NCBI GenBank assembly: GCA_050253415.1
Contig: JBFWJC010000002.1
Location: 320,001 to 384,000, forward strand
Reading direction: 5' to 3'
Source of the DNA: Pedobacter sp.
GTDB taxonomy: Bacteria > Desulfobacterota > Desulfuromonadia > Desulfuromonadales > Syntrophotaleaceae
Length of the DNA: 64,000 nucleotides
Positions 40,614 to 51,265 of the stretch are shown here, piece after piece. Both the position numbers and the translations under genes were made by a program. The stretch's first letter is position 1. Each line of letters opens with the position of its first letter. The notes under the pieces are model-generated. The model did not search any database and had not been told where the DNA came from. It saw only the letters and a list, made by a program, of their open reading frames with translations.

Positions 40614-41660
40614 ATGGCCCGGCAAGAAAACCTTTGTGTGGAGTCTTGGATGCTTGCATTGCTACATAGCCTTCCCTGGAGAGATCTGTCGCTAGTCATG
40701 CTGGTTCTGGTGGCGATTGGGCTGATCTGCCTGGTCAGAGTTCAACGTCGATCCCTTCGGCTCGGGCAAACCCGTGAGGACTGCTTTCGCCTTATGGTTG
40801 ATTTTGCCGGGGACGGTATTTGGCTTTTGAACGAATCTGCCGGAATAGTCTACGCGAATCAGCGTATCGCCGAGATGTTGGATGTATCTTCGGTATCCAT
40901 GAAGGGGACCCATGTTTTTCAATACGTTGATGTCCATGAACGCCCCCATGTCGAGGAGCATTTCAAGCGATCCCGCCTGGGGCGAGATGAGCATTTTGAA
41001 ATACGTCTGCGGAAGGCAACTGGCGGTTCGATATGGGTTCTTGTCGCAGCTCGGTTGTTGACTCAAGGAGATGGTAAGGCGATAGGTACTTTGTGGGTGG
41101 TCACGGATATCTCTGATCGCAAAGAGCGCGAGAGGATTACGTGTCACCTTACGCAACGGGACCCCCTGACCGGTTTGCCGAACCGTACATTGCTCTATGA
41201 TCGGATAATGCATGATGTTGGCCGTGCCAGTCGTTATGGGCGGCACGTCGGCATACTTTTTCTTGATTTGGATCGTTTTAAGCCGGTGAACGATGAGTTT
41301 GGGCATTCTGTTGGAGATCAGGTACTTCAAGGGGTTGCGCAGCGTATTGTGTCAAGGGTGAGACGCATGGATACTGTCGCACGGTTTGGCGGAGATGAAT
41401 TTGTGGTGGTTCTGTCGGACCTTGTCGGGTCGGACGAGGCCGCGTCCGTTGCCGAAGCATTGGTTGCGTTGCTCAGGGAGCCTTTTGCCGCCAGTGGTTG
41501 GGAGTGTGCTGTTGGAGTCAGTATTGGAATATCGTTGTATCCTGAAGACGGGCGTTCCGGGGCGGAGCTTATTGAGAAGGCAGATGCTGCCATGTATGTC
41601 GCCAAACAGGCCGGGGGTGGGCGATATCGGCGTTATTCTGCTAAGGACGTGGTGAATTGA
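40614..41660 (+). CDS. Membrane-anchored PAS-GGDEF diguanylate cyclase
   Basis: TM helix, PAS/PAC, DPLTGLPNR, DLDRFKPVND, RxxD I-site (RRMD) and intact GGDEF. Start uncertain. Confidence 0.9.
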   Translation: MARQENLCVESWMLALLHSLPWRDLSLVMLVLVAIGLICLVRVQRRSLRLGQTREDCFRLMVDFAGDGIWLLNESAGIVYANQRIAEMLDVSSVSMKGTHVFQYVDVHERPHVEEHFKRSRLGRDEHFEIRLRKATGGSIWVLVAARLLTQGDGKAIGTLWVVTDISDRKERERITCHLTQRDPLTGLPNRTLLYDRIMHDVGRASRYGRHVGILFLDLDRFKPVNDEFGHSVGDQVLQGVAQRIVSRVRRMDTVARFGGDEFVVVLSDLVGSDEAASVAEALVALLREPFAASGWECAVGVSIGISLYPEDGRSGAELIEKADAAMYVAKQAGGGRYRRYSAKDVVN

Positions 41661-41765
41661 GGATGTTTGCGGTGGCTTTGATGACTGGGAAATTTTTGAA
41701 GTTTTCACGCGATAACAAAAATGCTTTACATGGCCAGGGCAGTTGTTGTATTCTTCCCAGCCTGC

Positions 41766-41853
<88 letters not shown>

Positions 41854-41888
41854 TTAATTCTACCCTTCAATCGGGTTTTTGCCGATAG

Positions 41889-41998
41889 AAGTGACAGCCG
41901 GGTCCTGCGCAACGGACGGCCGCCAACCCCGTCAGACCCGGGAGGGAGCAGCGGTAACGGCCTCAGCCGTGTGCCGCGGGGAAGCCTGGCTGTCACTT
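41889..41998 (+). ncRNA. ffs: Signal recognition particle RNA (4.5S)
   Basis: Terminal stem AAGTGACAGCC/GGCTGTCACTT and domain IV CCGTCAGACCCGGGAGGGAGCAGCGG with a GNRA loop. Sits just upstream of dnaX. Confidence 0.9.
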
Positions 41999-42061
41999 GT
42001 GTCGGCAATCCTTTTTGTCCCACCGACCGCATTCCTATGCATACGGAGATCCTAGCACTTC

Positions 42062-43903
42062 ATGTCTTACCTGGTACTGGCTCGTAAGTATCGGCCCCAG
42101 AGTTTTGAAGACCTCGTCGGACAGGAACACGTCAGCCAAACCCTGGGCAACGCCATAAAGACCGGGCGGGTACATCATGCCTTCCTTTTCACAGGAGCGC
42201 GCGGAGTCGGCAAAACGTCCGCGGCGCGTATTTTTGCCAAGGCTCTTAACTGTGAACAGGGGTTGACTCCCCACCCGTGTAACGTTTGCCAGTCCTGCCT
42301 GGAAATCTCTTCCGGACAGGGTTTGGACGTCTTCGAAATCGATGGGGCATCCAACACCGGCGTCGACGACGTGCGTGATTTGCGAGAGAATATTCGTTAC
42401 CTTCCATCTCGTTCCCGCTATAAAATTTTTATCATCGACGAAGTTCATATGCTTTCCACTAACGCCTTTAATGCATTACTGAAGACGTTGGAAGAGCCGC
42501 CTGCGCACGCAAAATTTATTTTTGCCACAACCGAACCGCATAAAATTCCTATTACAATTTTATCGCGTTGCCAGCGATTTGATTTTCGCAAAATTCCTTT
42601 GCCGTTGATCGTGGGTCGATTAAACGAAATCGCCTTGGCTGAAAATATCCATGTTTCCGAGCGATCTCTTGGTCTTATTGCTCGGCGTGGTGAAGGCAGT
42701 ATGCGCGACGCCCAGTCAACCTTTGATCAGGTCATTGCATTTTGTGGCGACACGGTCAGTGATGAGGATGTGCAGGGCCTGTTGGGGATGGTTGATCGGC
42801 GGCTCTTGTTTGACACTGTGGAAGGGATTCTTGGGCATGATAGCCGGAGGGTTTTGCATGGTGTGCGGCGGGTGGACGAGTTGGGCCACTCTTTTCGCCA
42901 ATTTTGTCGGGAGCTCGTCGACGCGTTCCGCTCTCTGGTCGTTATGAAGGTTGTTCCAGATCCCGAAGGGTTGCTCGATGGGGCGCCAGATGAGTTGGAG
43001 GATTTTCGTCGTTTGGCTGCCGGTGTAGAGCTTGAGGATTTGCAGCGGGCTGTGACGGTGCTGATTCGTACCGAAGGGGACCTTGCCGGTTCGTCGTTTC
43101 CTCGGCTAGCTTTGGAGATGGCCCTGGTCAGGCTGGCTCATTTGCCTGCCGGTCGAGAGGTTGCAGGGCTAATTCGTCAGATGGAGGATCTGCAGCGGCG
43201 TCTCGATTCGGGAACAACTGTGGTGGAGCGTCCGGTGATGGCGAATCCTGAACGTCCGGTGATGGCGAATCCTGAGCGTCCGGTGATGGCGAATCCTGAG
43301 CGTCCGGTGATGACGAATCCTGAGCGTCCGGTGATGACGAATCCTGAGCGTCCGGTGATGACGAATCCTGAGGGTCCTGCGCCGGAAAAGTGTGAGCAGG
43401 TGATGGCCGATGACGCGAATACACAGGCCCATTCTCTTTCCGTAAGCCAAATTGGCGATGCCGGGGATCGTCGGCACGGTTGGCAAGACTTGGTTCAATT
43501 GGTAAAAAAAGAACGTCCCCGTTTGGGTGGGGTTTTGGAACATGGACGGCTTTTGCTTCTGGATTTGCCGAATGTGGAGCTGGGATTTGTCGACGGGTCT
43601 TTTCATCTGTTGCAGATGCAGGGCGCTGATTTGCAAACCGCCTTTTCGAAAATGGCCGAAGATTTCTTTGGACAACCCATATCTTTGAAAGTTGTGGCGA
43701 TAAGAGAGCAGGATCAGGCTGTTGTGCCGCCATCACTGGCTGAGGAGCGTGAGGCTCGGGAGAGTACGCAGCGCAATCGTGTCAGGGATGAAGCGTTGGC
43801 ACATCCTGGTATTCAGGCGGCTCAGAAGATCCTCGGGGGAGAAGTTGTGCAGGTCAAATCTCTCCGTGAGGGTACAGATCTGGAACACAAGGATCGTAAT
43901 TGA
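42062..43903 (+). CDS. dnaX: DNA polymerase III subunit gamma/tau
   Basis: LARKYRPQSF, GARGVGKT, Zn motif, IIDEVHML, LKTLEEPP, SRC. Confidence 0.97.
   Translation: MSYLVLARKYRPQSFEDLVGQEHVSQTLGNAIKTGRVHHAFLFTGARGVGKTSAARIFAKALNCEQGLTPHPCNVCQSCLEISSGQGLDVFEIDGASNTGVDDVRDLRENIRYLPSRSRYKIFIIDEVHMLSTNAFNALLKTLEEPPAHAKFIFATTEPHKIPITILSRCQRFDFRKIPLPLIVGRLNEIALAENIHVSERSLGLIARRGEGSMRDAQSTFDQVIAFCGDTVSDEDVQGLLGMVDRRLLFDTVEGILGHDSRRVLHGVRRVDELGHSFRQFCRELVDAFRSLVVMKVVPDPEGLLDGAPDELEDFRRLAAGVELEDLQRAVTVLIRTEGDLAGSSFPRLALEMALVRLAHLPAGREVAGLIRQMEDLQRRLDSGTTVVERPVMANPERPVMANPERPVMANPERPVMTNPERPVMTNPERPVMTNPEGPAPEKCEQVMADDANTQAHSLSVSQIGDAGDRRHGWQDLVQLVKKERPRLGGVLEHGRLLLLDLPNVELGFVDGSFHLLQMQGADLQTAFSKMAEDFFGQPISLKVVAIREQDQAVVPPSLAEEREARESTQRNRVRDEALAHPGIQAAQKILGGEVVQVKSLREGTDLEHKDRN
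43226..43372 (+). repeat. In-frame VNTR, 6 x 24 bp (ERPVM[A/T]NP)
   Basis: GAGCGTCCGGTGATG[G/A]CGAATCCT repeated six times. Confidence 0.97.
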
Positions 43904-43998
43904 GACATTTTTTAGTCTGAGACACATATGCCAATGGTAGTATTGATAAACCTAAAAAATAAATAGCCGCTATTTAAAAGGCTTGGGAGGTTGCTGTT

Positions 43999-44313
43999 AT
44001 GGCAAAAGGTTTGGGTAACATCATGAAGCAGGCGCAACTTATGCAGCAGAAGATGGAACGCATGCAGCAGGAGTTGGAAACCCGTCAGGTGGAAGCATCT
44101 GCTGGTGGCGGCATGGTGACCGCGGTTGTTAACGGGCGGCAACAGCTCGTCGATCTGAAAATCGAAGCAAGCGTGGTCGATCCGGAAGATGTCGACATGC
44201 TTCAGGACCTTGTTTTGGCCGCCGTAAATGAAGCGCTTAAGAAAAGCCAGGATATGGCTCAGCAGGAAATGAGTAAGTTGACGGGTGGCATGAATATCCC
44301 CGGATTGATGTAA
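43999..44313 (+). CDS. ybaB: YbaB/EbfC nucleoid-associated protein
   Basis: MKQAQ.MQ, AGGGMV, MLQDLVLAAVNEA. Lies between dnaX and recR. Confidence 0.93.
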   Translation: MAKGLGNIMKQAQLMQQKMERMQQELETRQVEASAGGGMVTAVVNGRQQLVDLKIEASVVDPEDVDMLQDLVLAAVNEALKKSQDMAQQEMSKLTGGMNIPGLM

Positions 44314-44412
44314 TTGCCGTGAGCCGTGTTTATCGGCGGTGAAAAAAAATTTTTTATCCCGAAAAAACAATAGAACGTTATTTCAAAACTGGTTGTCATC
44401 ATAATTAACAAC

Positions 44413-45012
44413 ATGGTAAAATTTACTCCATCGTTTAATCGGCTCGTTGGCGAGTTCTCCAAACTGCCAGGTATCGGCAGGAAGACGGCCGCCAGACTGG
44501 CCCTTTTTATTCTCCGGCAGCCTCTTGAGGAGTCTGTTGCGCTTGCGAATGCCATTAAGGAGCTGAAAGAGCGAACCAGGTTTTGCTCACGGTGTTTTCA
44601 TTTTACCGAAGTCGATCCCTGTCCATTGTGTACCGATGTGGGCCGAGATGATCAACTGATCTGTGTTGTTGAAGAGCCGCAGGATGTCATCGCCATCGAG
44701 CGTAGCCGTTCTTATCGAGGAAGATACCATGTTTTACATGGGTCACTTTCTCCATTGGATGGTGTCGGTCCGGACGATTTGAAAATTGACGCTTTGCTTG
44801 AAAGATTGCAGCAGAACGATGTTAAAGAAGTTCTTCTGGCAACGAACTTTGACGTTGAAGGCGAGGCTACAGCGCTGTATCTGGCCAAACTCATAAGGCC
44901 GACGGGAGTCAAGGTGACCCGCCTTGCGCACGGGATTCCTACCGGAAGCGATCTGGAATATGTGGATGAGGCAACCGTTAATTATGCAGTTGAGGGACGC
45001 CGGGAATTGTGA
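44413..45012 (+). CDS. recR: Recombination protein RecR
   Basis: HhH LPGIGRKTAARLA, C4 Zn finger, Toprim YHVLHG, EGEATA. Confidence 0.96.
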   Translation: MVKFTPSFNRLVGEFSKLPGIGRKTAARLALFILRQPLEESVALANAIKELKERTRFCSRCFHFTEVDPCPLCTDVGRDDQLICVVEEPQDVIAIERSRSYRGRYHVLHGSLSPLDGVGPDDLKIDALLERLQQNDVKEVLLATNFDVEGEATALYLAKLIRPTGVKVTRLAHGIPTGSDLEYVDEATVNYAVEGRREL

Positions 45013-45214
45013 GTTTTAACAAATAGGCAAATGTTTTGCATTAGCTTGGTCGGCGAGAGCCTCTGCCGGCCTCGTTTTGTTGAGTAAAAAACTTTCTTGT
45101 TGTGCCGGAATGGATGCGCAAGAAAGTCGTGATATTCGTACCCGGAGCGTAGATTTAAAACATAGAATCAGTAATTTTAGTTCTAAGATCGAGATGATCC
45201 ACAAGGAGGAAACA

Positions 45215-48200
45215 ATGTCCCGAAAAATGGTGACGATCGATGGCAATACGGCGGCTGCGCATGTTGCCCATGCCACCAATGAGGTTATTGCTATTTACCC
45301 GATCACGCCCTCGTCCAATATGGGGGAGATTTCTGACGCCAAGAGCGCATTGAATGAAGCCAATATCTGGGGAACCGTGCCCGATGTTGTCGAGCTTCAA
45401 TCCGAGGGGGGTGCCGTAGGTGCTGTGCACGGGGCTCTTCAGGCGGGTGCCCTGACCACGACCTTTACCGCATCTCAGGGCCTGTTGCTGATGGTCCCTA
45501 ACATGTTTAAGATCGCAGGAGAGCTTACGCCGACAGTATTCCATGTTTCGGCTCGGGCCATTGCCTGTCAGGCTCTGTCGATCTTTGGCGATCATTCTGA
45601 CGTCATGGCCACCCGTTCCACCGGTTGGGCTTTGCTGGCCTCGAACAATGTTCAGGAGGTCATGGACCTGGCGCTTATCTGTCAGGCTGCAACCTTGGAG
45701 GCGCGCGTACCGTTTCTGCATTTCTTCGATGGTTTCCGAACTTCCCACGAAGTTCAGAAAGTTGAAGAACTGACTAAAGACGATATGCGTTTTATGCTCG
45801 ACGATGATCTGGTGCGCGCGCACCGTGAACGTGCCTTGTCGCCCGAGCGTCCCAAAATTCGCGGTACTTCTCAGAATCCTGACGTTTATTTCCAGGGTCG
45901 CGAAACGGTAAATGCTTATTACGATAAAGTTCCCGGTATCCTTCAGGCCCAGATGGATAAATTCGCCAAGCGCGTCGGTCGTCAGTACTCGCTGGTCGAG
46001 TATGTCGGTGCTCCCGATGCCGAGCGCGTTGTGGTGGTCATGGGCTCCGGTGCGGATACCGTTCACGAGTTGGTCGAGTATCTGAATGCCAAGGGTGAAA
46101 AGATTGGTGTTCTTAAGATACGCTTGTTCCTGCCTTTCCCCATTGAGGCCTTTGCGCAAGCGTTGCCCACCACCGTTAAGAAGATCGCCGTACTCGACCG
46201 CACGAAAGAGCCCGGTTCCTTAGGGGAACCCCTCTATCAAGCTGTACGTACTGCGATCGGTGAGGCCATGAGTGATGGCTTGCTGAATCTGAAAGATTAT
46301 CCGACCGTCGTTGGCGGACGTTACGGGCTGGGCTCCAAAGAATTTACCCCTTCGCTGGTCAAGGCGGTTTTCGATAATCTGTCTCAGGATAAACCTAAAA
46401 ACCATTTTACCGTCGGCATCATAGACGATGTTACCGGCACGAGTCTCGCGGCCGATCCCAATTTTAAATTGGTCCACGACGGTCTCTACTCCGCCGTGTT
46501 CTACGGGCTTGGCTCCGACGGTACCGTTGGTGCTAACAAAAACTCCATCAAGATAATCGGTGAAACCACCGACAATAATGTTCAGGCTTATTTCGTTTAT
46601 GACTCCAAAAAGGCCGGCAGTATCACCACCAGCCATTTGCGTTTCGGCAAGCAGCCTATTCGTGCGCCGTACCTCATCGACAGTGCCGACTTTGTAGCCT
46701 GTCATAACTTCTTCTTTCTGGAGAAGTATGACATGTTGAACAAGGCCAAGCCCGGGGCAACGTTTTTGCTCAACAGCCCTTACGGCAAAGATGAAATATG
46801 GGGGCAGTTACCTCTTGAAGTTCAGCAGACCATCATCGAAAAGCAGTTGAAATTTTATGTCATCGATGGGGTGCGGCTGGGTAATGAAATCGGTCTGGGT
46901 GCGCGCATCAACATCATCATGCAGACAGCCTTTTTCGCTATCTCCAATATTATCCCTCTTGAAACGGCCATCGCGCAGATTAAAGATGCCATTGTCAAGA
47001 GTTATGGTAAGCGAGGTGAAAAAGTCGTTAACATGAATAACCAGGCGATTGACGTCGCTTTGGCCAACCTGCACCAGGTTACCGTACCGACTACGGCTGA
47101 TAGCAGCCTCATGATGAAACCTCCGGTGGGACCCCATGCGCCGGCCTTCGTTAAAGAGGTTACAGCCCAGATTATTGCCAACAGGGGCGATGAATTGCCG
47201 GTTTCTGCCATCCCGGCGGACGGAACTTTCCCCGTAGCGACCTCGCAATACGAAAAACGCAATATCGCTATCAATATCCCCGTATGGGAAGCCGACTTGT
47301 GCGTGCAGTGCGGCATTTGCTCGTTTGTCTGCCCGCATGCAACCATCCGCATGAAAGTCTTTGCCGCTGACCAGTTGGTTGGCGCACCCGAGACTTTCAA
47401 GTCCTGCGATGCCAAGGGTAAAGGTCTGGAAGGTTTGAAATTCTCCCTTCAGGTTGCTCCCGAGGATTGTACGGGGTGCGGCGCATGTGTTCACAATTGT
47501 CCGGCCAAGAGTAAGGAAGATGCTTCTCGCAAGGCCATCAATATGGCTTTCCAGCCGCCGCTGCGTGATCAGGAAGTCGGTAACTGGGAGTTTTTCCTTT
47601 CGCTTCCCGATACCGATCCCAGCCTGTTCAACCGGGCTACGGTCAAAGGCAGTCAGTTGTTGCCGCCCATGTTCGAATTTTCCGGTGCATGTGCCGGTTG
47701 TGGCGAGACGCCGTTTGTGAAATTGCTCTCGCAGTTATTCGGCGATCGGTTACTGGCTGCCAATGCCACTGGCTGTTCCTCTATTTATGGAGGTAATCTG
47801 CCGACTACGCCCTGGACAGTTCGTAAAGACGGTCTTGGTCCTACCTGGAATAACTCTTTGTTTGAAGATTGTGCGGAGTTTGGTTTCGGTATGCGGTTGG
47901 CCGTGGATAAGTTCAAGACTTACGCCACCGAATTGCTCGACAAGATTATGACCTGTGCCAGCGATAGCTGCGGTGCAGCCAAGGCTTTGATGGCGGAAAT
48001 CAAGTCCGCCGATCAGTCAACCCAGGAAGGGATTGAGGCGCAGCGTCAGAGAGTGGCCAAGCTTAAGGAAATTCTCAAAGGCTGCGATAAAGATGATGCA
48101 GTCCAGTTGCTGTCGGTTGCTGACTATCTTGTCGAAAAATCGGTGTGGTTGATCGGTGGGGATGGTTGGGCTTATGACATCGGTTACGGCGGTCTGGACC

Positions 48201-48796
48201 ATGTTCTTGCTTCCGGTCGTAACGTCAATGCCCTGGTACTCGATACGGAAGTTTACTCGAATACCGGTGGTCAGGCCAGTAAGGCTACACCTCTCGGTGC
48301 CGTGGCTCAGTTTGCCGCGGGTGGTAAACGCATGGGTAAAAAAGACCTCGGTATGATCTCCATGACTTATGGCAATATTTACGTTGCCCAGGTGTCTTTG
48401 GCCAACCCGGCTCAGGTGGTTAAGGCGTTTATCGAAGCCGAGGCTTACGATGGTCCGTCCTTGATTCTGGCCTATAGTCATTGCATTGCACACGGTATTA
48501 AAATGACCGAGGCGGTGGATGCCTGTAAGATGGCGGTTAATTGCGGACATTGGCCGCTGTATCGTTTTGACCCGACCCTCTTAGAGGAAGGGAAGAATCC
48601 TTTGCAGCTTGATAGCAAGGAGCCGACCATCTCGTTTGAGGAATATGCCTATAGCGAAAATCGTTATAGGGTGCTGAAAAAGATTCAACCCGAAGCGGCG
48701 GCTACGCTCATGAAGCAGGCCAACCGCGATACGGCCAGGCGCTTCGATCTTTATCGAAAATTATCGGAAATGCCGGCTGATTGCGGGAAAAAATAA
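45215..48796 (+). CDS. nifJ: Pyruvate:ferredoxin/flavodoxin oxidoreductase (homodimeric)
   Basis: IYPITPSS, GLGSDGTVGANKNS, two CxxCxxCxxxCP motifs, EFSGACAGCGE, GGDGWAYDIG. ATG at 45215 after AAGGAGG. Confidence 0.96.
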   Translation: MSRKMVTIDGNTAAAHVAHATNEVIAIYPITPSSNMGEISDAKSALNEANIWGTVPDVVELQSEGGAVGAVHGALQAGALTTTFTASQGLLLMVPNMFKIAGELTPTVFHVSARAIACQALSIFGDHSDVMATRSTGWALLASNNVQEVMDLALICQAATLEARVPFLHFFDGFRTSHEVQKVEELTKDDMRFMLDDDLVRAHRERALSPERPKIRGTSQNPDVYFQGRETVNAYYDKVPGILQAQMDKFAKRVGRQYSLVEYVGAPDAERVVVVMGSGADTVHELVEYLNAKGEKIGVLKIRLFLPFPIEAFAQALPTTVKKIAVLDRTKEPGSLGEPLYQAVRTAIGEAMSDGLLNLKDYPTVVGGRYGLGSKEFTPSLVKAVFDNLSQDKPKNHFTVGIIDDVTGTSLAADPNFKLVHDGLYSAVFYGLGSDGTVGANKNSIKIIGETTDNNVQAYFVYDSKKAGSITTSHLRFGKQPIRAPYLIDSADFVACHNFFFLEKYDMLNKAKPGATFLLNSPYGKDEIWGQLPLEVQQTIIEKQLKFYVIDGVRLGNEIGLGARINIIMQTAFFAISNIIPLETAIAQIKDAIVKSYGKRGEKVVNMNNQAIDVALANLHQVTVPTTADSSLMMKPPVGPHAPAFVKEVTAQIIANRGDELPVSAIPADGTFPVATSQYEKRNIAINIPVWEADLCVQCGICSFVCPHATIRMKVFAADQLVGAPETFKSCDAKGKGLEGLKFSLQVAPEDCTGCGACVHNCPAKSKEDASRKAINMAFQPPLRDQEVGNWEFFLSLPDTDPSLFNRATVKGSQLLPPMFEFSGACAGCGETPFVKLLSQLFGDRLLAANATGCSSIYGGNLPTTPWTVRKDGLGPTWNNSLFEDCAEFGFGMRLAVDKFKTYATELLDKIMTCASDSCGAAKALMAEIKSADQSTQEGIEAQRQRVAKLKEILKGCDKDDAVQLLSVADYLVEKSVWLIGGDGWAYDIGYGGLDHVLASGRNVNALVLDTEVYSNTGGQASKATPLGAVAQFAAGGKRMGKKDLGMISMTYGNIYVAQVSLANPAQVVKAFIEAEAYDGPSLILAYSHCIAHGIKMTEAVDACKMAVNCGHWPLYRFDPTLLEEGKNPLQLDSKEPTISFEEYAYSENRYRVLKKIQPEAAATLMKQANRDTARRFDLYRKLSEMPADCGKK

Positions 48797-48810
48797 TCGT
48801 TTGTTTGTTG

Positions 48811-48848
48811 AAAACTCCCGGTGGATTTCCGCCGGGAGTTTTTTTTTG
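48811..48848 (+). terminator. Intrinsic terminator
   Basis: AAAACTCCCGGTGG-ATTT-CCGCCGGGAGTTTTTTTTT. Confidence 0.85.
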
Positions 48849-49040
48849 CACTAATGTTGATTTTCAGCTAACGAGTGACGTATTGGTTTCCTTGTTTTTG
48901 GGCACATTTTTGCATTTGATCGTATGTAAAGTGTGGCCGTGTTATCGGCGAATGTATGTGAAAATTCAAATATCTTGATCGTCGACTGCATAGATGATAT
49001 AAAAACGCTTGGTTTAGACACTTACCCTGGGAGCACAGGC

Positions 49041-49538
49041 ATGTTAGGTTACCAGTCCTCGTTAGTCATGTATGATGAGGAATATCAGCGGATCGTTGAA
49101 ATTGCGGATAAATTGCTACGCGAATCAAACGCGAAATCGGTATTCCTGGTCGATCGTAATGGACAACTGATTGCCGCCACAGGCGAGACGGAGCACTTGG
49201 ATACCACAAGCCTCGCATCTCTGACTGCCGGTAATATTGCGGCTACTGGAGGTTTGGCCAAGCTTATCGGTGAAAAAGAGTTCTCCATTCTTTTTCATGA
49301 GGGAGAAAAAGATAATATTCATATCTCCATCGTCGGTGGGCGAGTTATCCTTGTTGTTATTTTCGACCAACGAAGTTCTCTTGGCCTGGTGCGCTTGCGT
49401 GTCAAAAAGGGCAGTGAGGATTTTGACCGAACGATGGAAGAGCTTGATCGTAAATCGGCGGAGGAGGCAGGCAGTGGCGGTCCGCAGAATCCTTTTGCGG
49501 AAATTACCGATGACGATATCGATAATCTCTTTCGGTAA
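49041..49538 (+). CDS. mglB: Roadblock/LC7 GAP MglB
   Basis: [58 protein letters not shown]. Confidence 0.93.
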   Translation: MLGYQSSLVMYDEEYQRIVEIADKLLRESNAKSVFLVDRNGQLIAATGETEHLDTTSLASLTAGNIAATGGLAKLIGEKEFSILFHEGEKDNIHISIVGGRVILVVIFDQRSSLGLVRLRVKKGSEDFDRTMEELDRKSAEEAGSGGPQNPFAEITDDDIDNLFR

Positions 49539-49552
49539 CAGGATGGCAACGA

Positions 49553-50143
49553 ATGGCTTTTATCAACTATGCTGCGCGTGAGATAAATTGCAAGATCGTT
49601 TATTACGGCCCCGGTCTATGCGGCAAGACCACCAATTTGCAAACCATATATCAACGGACTTCTCCTGACGCTCGTGGCAAGATGATTTCGCTTGCTACGG
49701 AAACAGAGAGAACGTTGTTTTTTGACTTTCTACCGTTGGCGTTGGGTGATATCCGCGGGTTCAAGACGCGGTTCCATTTGTACACGGTCCCCGGTCAGGT
49801 GTTTTACGATGCTTCACGCAAGCTTATCCTCAAAGGGGTTGACGGTGTTGTGTTTGTTGCCGATTCCCAGGAAGAGCGACTTGACGCAAATATCGAGAGT
49901 TTGGAGAATTTGAAGGACAACCTTGAAGAGCAGGGTTACGACTTGGAGAAGATTCCCTTTGTTATTCAGTATAACAAACGGGATCTTCCGAACCAGAGTC
50001 CGCTTGATGAGCTTCAGGAGCTTCTTAATCCGGATCAGGTGCCGGAATTTGAAGCTTGCGCTCTTACCGGAGAAGGGGTCTTTGAAACCCTTAAAGCGGT
50101 TGCCAAGCAAATTCTCATTGAGCTCAAAAAAGGGCGTCGTTAA
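49553..50143 (+). CDS. mglA: Small Ras-like GTPase MglA
   Basis: [36 protein letters not shown]. Confidence 0.96.
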   Translation: MAFINYAAREINCKIVYYGPGLCGKTTNLQTIYQRTSPDARGKMISLATETERTLFFDFLPLALGDIRGFKTRFHLYTVPGQVFYDASRKLILKGVDGVVFVADSQEERLDANIESLENLKDNLEEQGYDLEKIPFVIQYNKRDLPNQSPLDELQELLNPDQVPEFEACALTGEGVFETLKAVAKQILIELKKGRR

Positions 50144-50316
50144 CTCTGGTTGTGCTGTTTGAGTTTGGTTGATGTATTGGAAAATAATGGCCTGTCGAAG
50201 ATTTCGGCGGGCCATTCGTGTTTATGCGGGAGCGCTGGCAAGGTTGAAAAACGTCAGGCAGGAAATGTCGGGACCTTTTTTGGGTATCCCTGGTGGGAGC
50301 GAACCGTAGGATTGGG

Positions 50317-50853
50317 TTACCAGTATCGTACCCTGCCGGTATCTACGTGTACGAAATTAGACTTTGGGTAATAGCCAACTCCGCCTCTTTTCATAGATAC
50401 GGCAGTTTTTCGAAGTTTGGCAAGGGGACAGCCGGGCAGCCGGATGTCAATGGCTTGCCCTGCCATGTGCAAACTATGCTTAGCGACGCCGCTGGAGTGA
50501 CTCTGCAGATTGCGATTGGTGGCAGGTGATCGATATCCGGAGATGATCTCAAAGGGTGCATCAACGGGGATTTTGCTGCGCATGGCATGGAGAATGTCCA
50601 GCAGGTTTGGATCGATAATTTTAATTTCATCGGTCCGGTGATCCCGGAGCAGGTAGTTGATCTGTTGTAGAGTTTCGCGTTGGTACGATCCCTTTTCCCA
50701 GTAGACGGCCTGGTGAAGATGTTCTCCCGTATGTGTATTGTAAAGTGACAAGGTGCGTTCAGTAGCGCCGGGAAGCTTTGCCAGGGCTGGCCATGGGGTA
50801 AGTATGGTCCCGGCGGCGGCCAGGCTCATTTTTAAAAAATATCTTCGATTCAT
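50317..50853 (-). CDS. YcbK/MepK (DUF882, peptidase M15) Tat-exported peptidoglycan peptidase
   Basis: Tat signal NRRYFLK, SGYRSP.TN, SLHM.GQAID, FVHVDTG. Confidence 0.9.
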   Translation of the reverse strand: MNRRYFLKMSLAAAGTILTPWPALAKLPGATERTLSLYNTHTGEHLHQAVYWEKGSYQRETLQQINYLLRDHRTDEIKIIDPNLLDILHAMRSKIPVDAPFEIISGYRSPATNRNLQSHSSGVAKHSLHMAGQAIDIRLPGCPLAKLRKTAVSMKRGGVGYYPKSNFVHVDTGRVRYW

Positions 50854-50919
50854 GGTTGCTTATGTATTTCGAGGTTACCAGGCCCACTGTCACGATGAAG
50901 TTGAGGATTGGTGGGTGCG

Positions 50920-50937
50920 TTGCAGGACATATGCCAA
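50920..50937 (-). promoter_or_regulatory. Sigma-54 promoter for the ycbK-like gene
   Basis: Minus strand TTGGCATATGTCCTGCAA fits GG-N10-GC, about 70 bp upstream of the ATG. Confidence 0.6.
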
Positions 50938-51265
50938 TGGCATGTATTTTGTCTGAGACCGAAACTAGGGCAGCATAGCAGACCCGATGAGTTTTTTTCA
51001 AACATAATTTGCTTAAAAATCAATTAGGTAGAGTCTCTAAGACTCCTTTTTGAAGCGTGGGATTCAATAGGGTGTTCTCGATTGTGACAATACTTGACAG
51101 TTTCGTGTGGTTAAATGACCGAAAACCATTATTTTTCTTGATGATACCCGCAAAAATGAATAGTATGGCATGGATTGTTCTGGTTAATGAGTTATTTATC
51201 GTTTGAGGCCAAAGGTTGCATTGCTGGACGGGCTTTCGACGGTTCATTTTTTGTCAGGGGGGGCT

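Noticed and set aside
40614..41660. Hypr-type cGAMP synthase
   Set aside because: It retains the canonical Asp in GH..GD, consistent with an ordinary diguanylate cyclase.
43226..43372. CRISPR interpretation of the tandem repeats
   Set aside because: No spacers, in-frame within dnaX, and no cas genes in the window.
43504..43530. A-AAA-AAA slippery site in dnaX as a gamma-producing -1 frameshift
   Set aside because: It lies past the linker in the C-terminal region, has only a weak downstream stem, and the -1 frame stays open for about 39 codons. Unsupported without proteomics.
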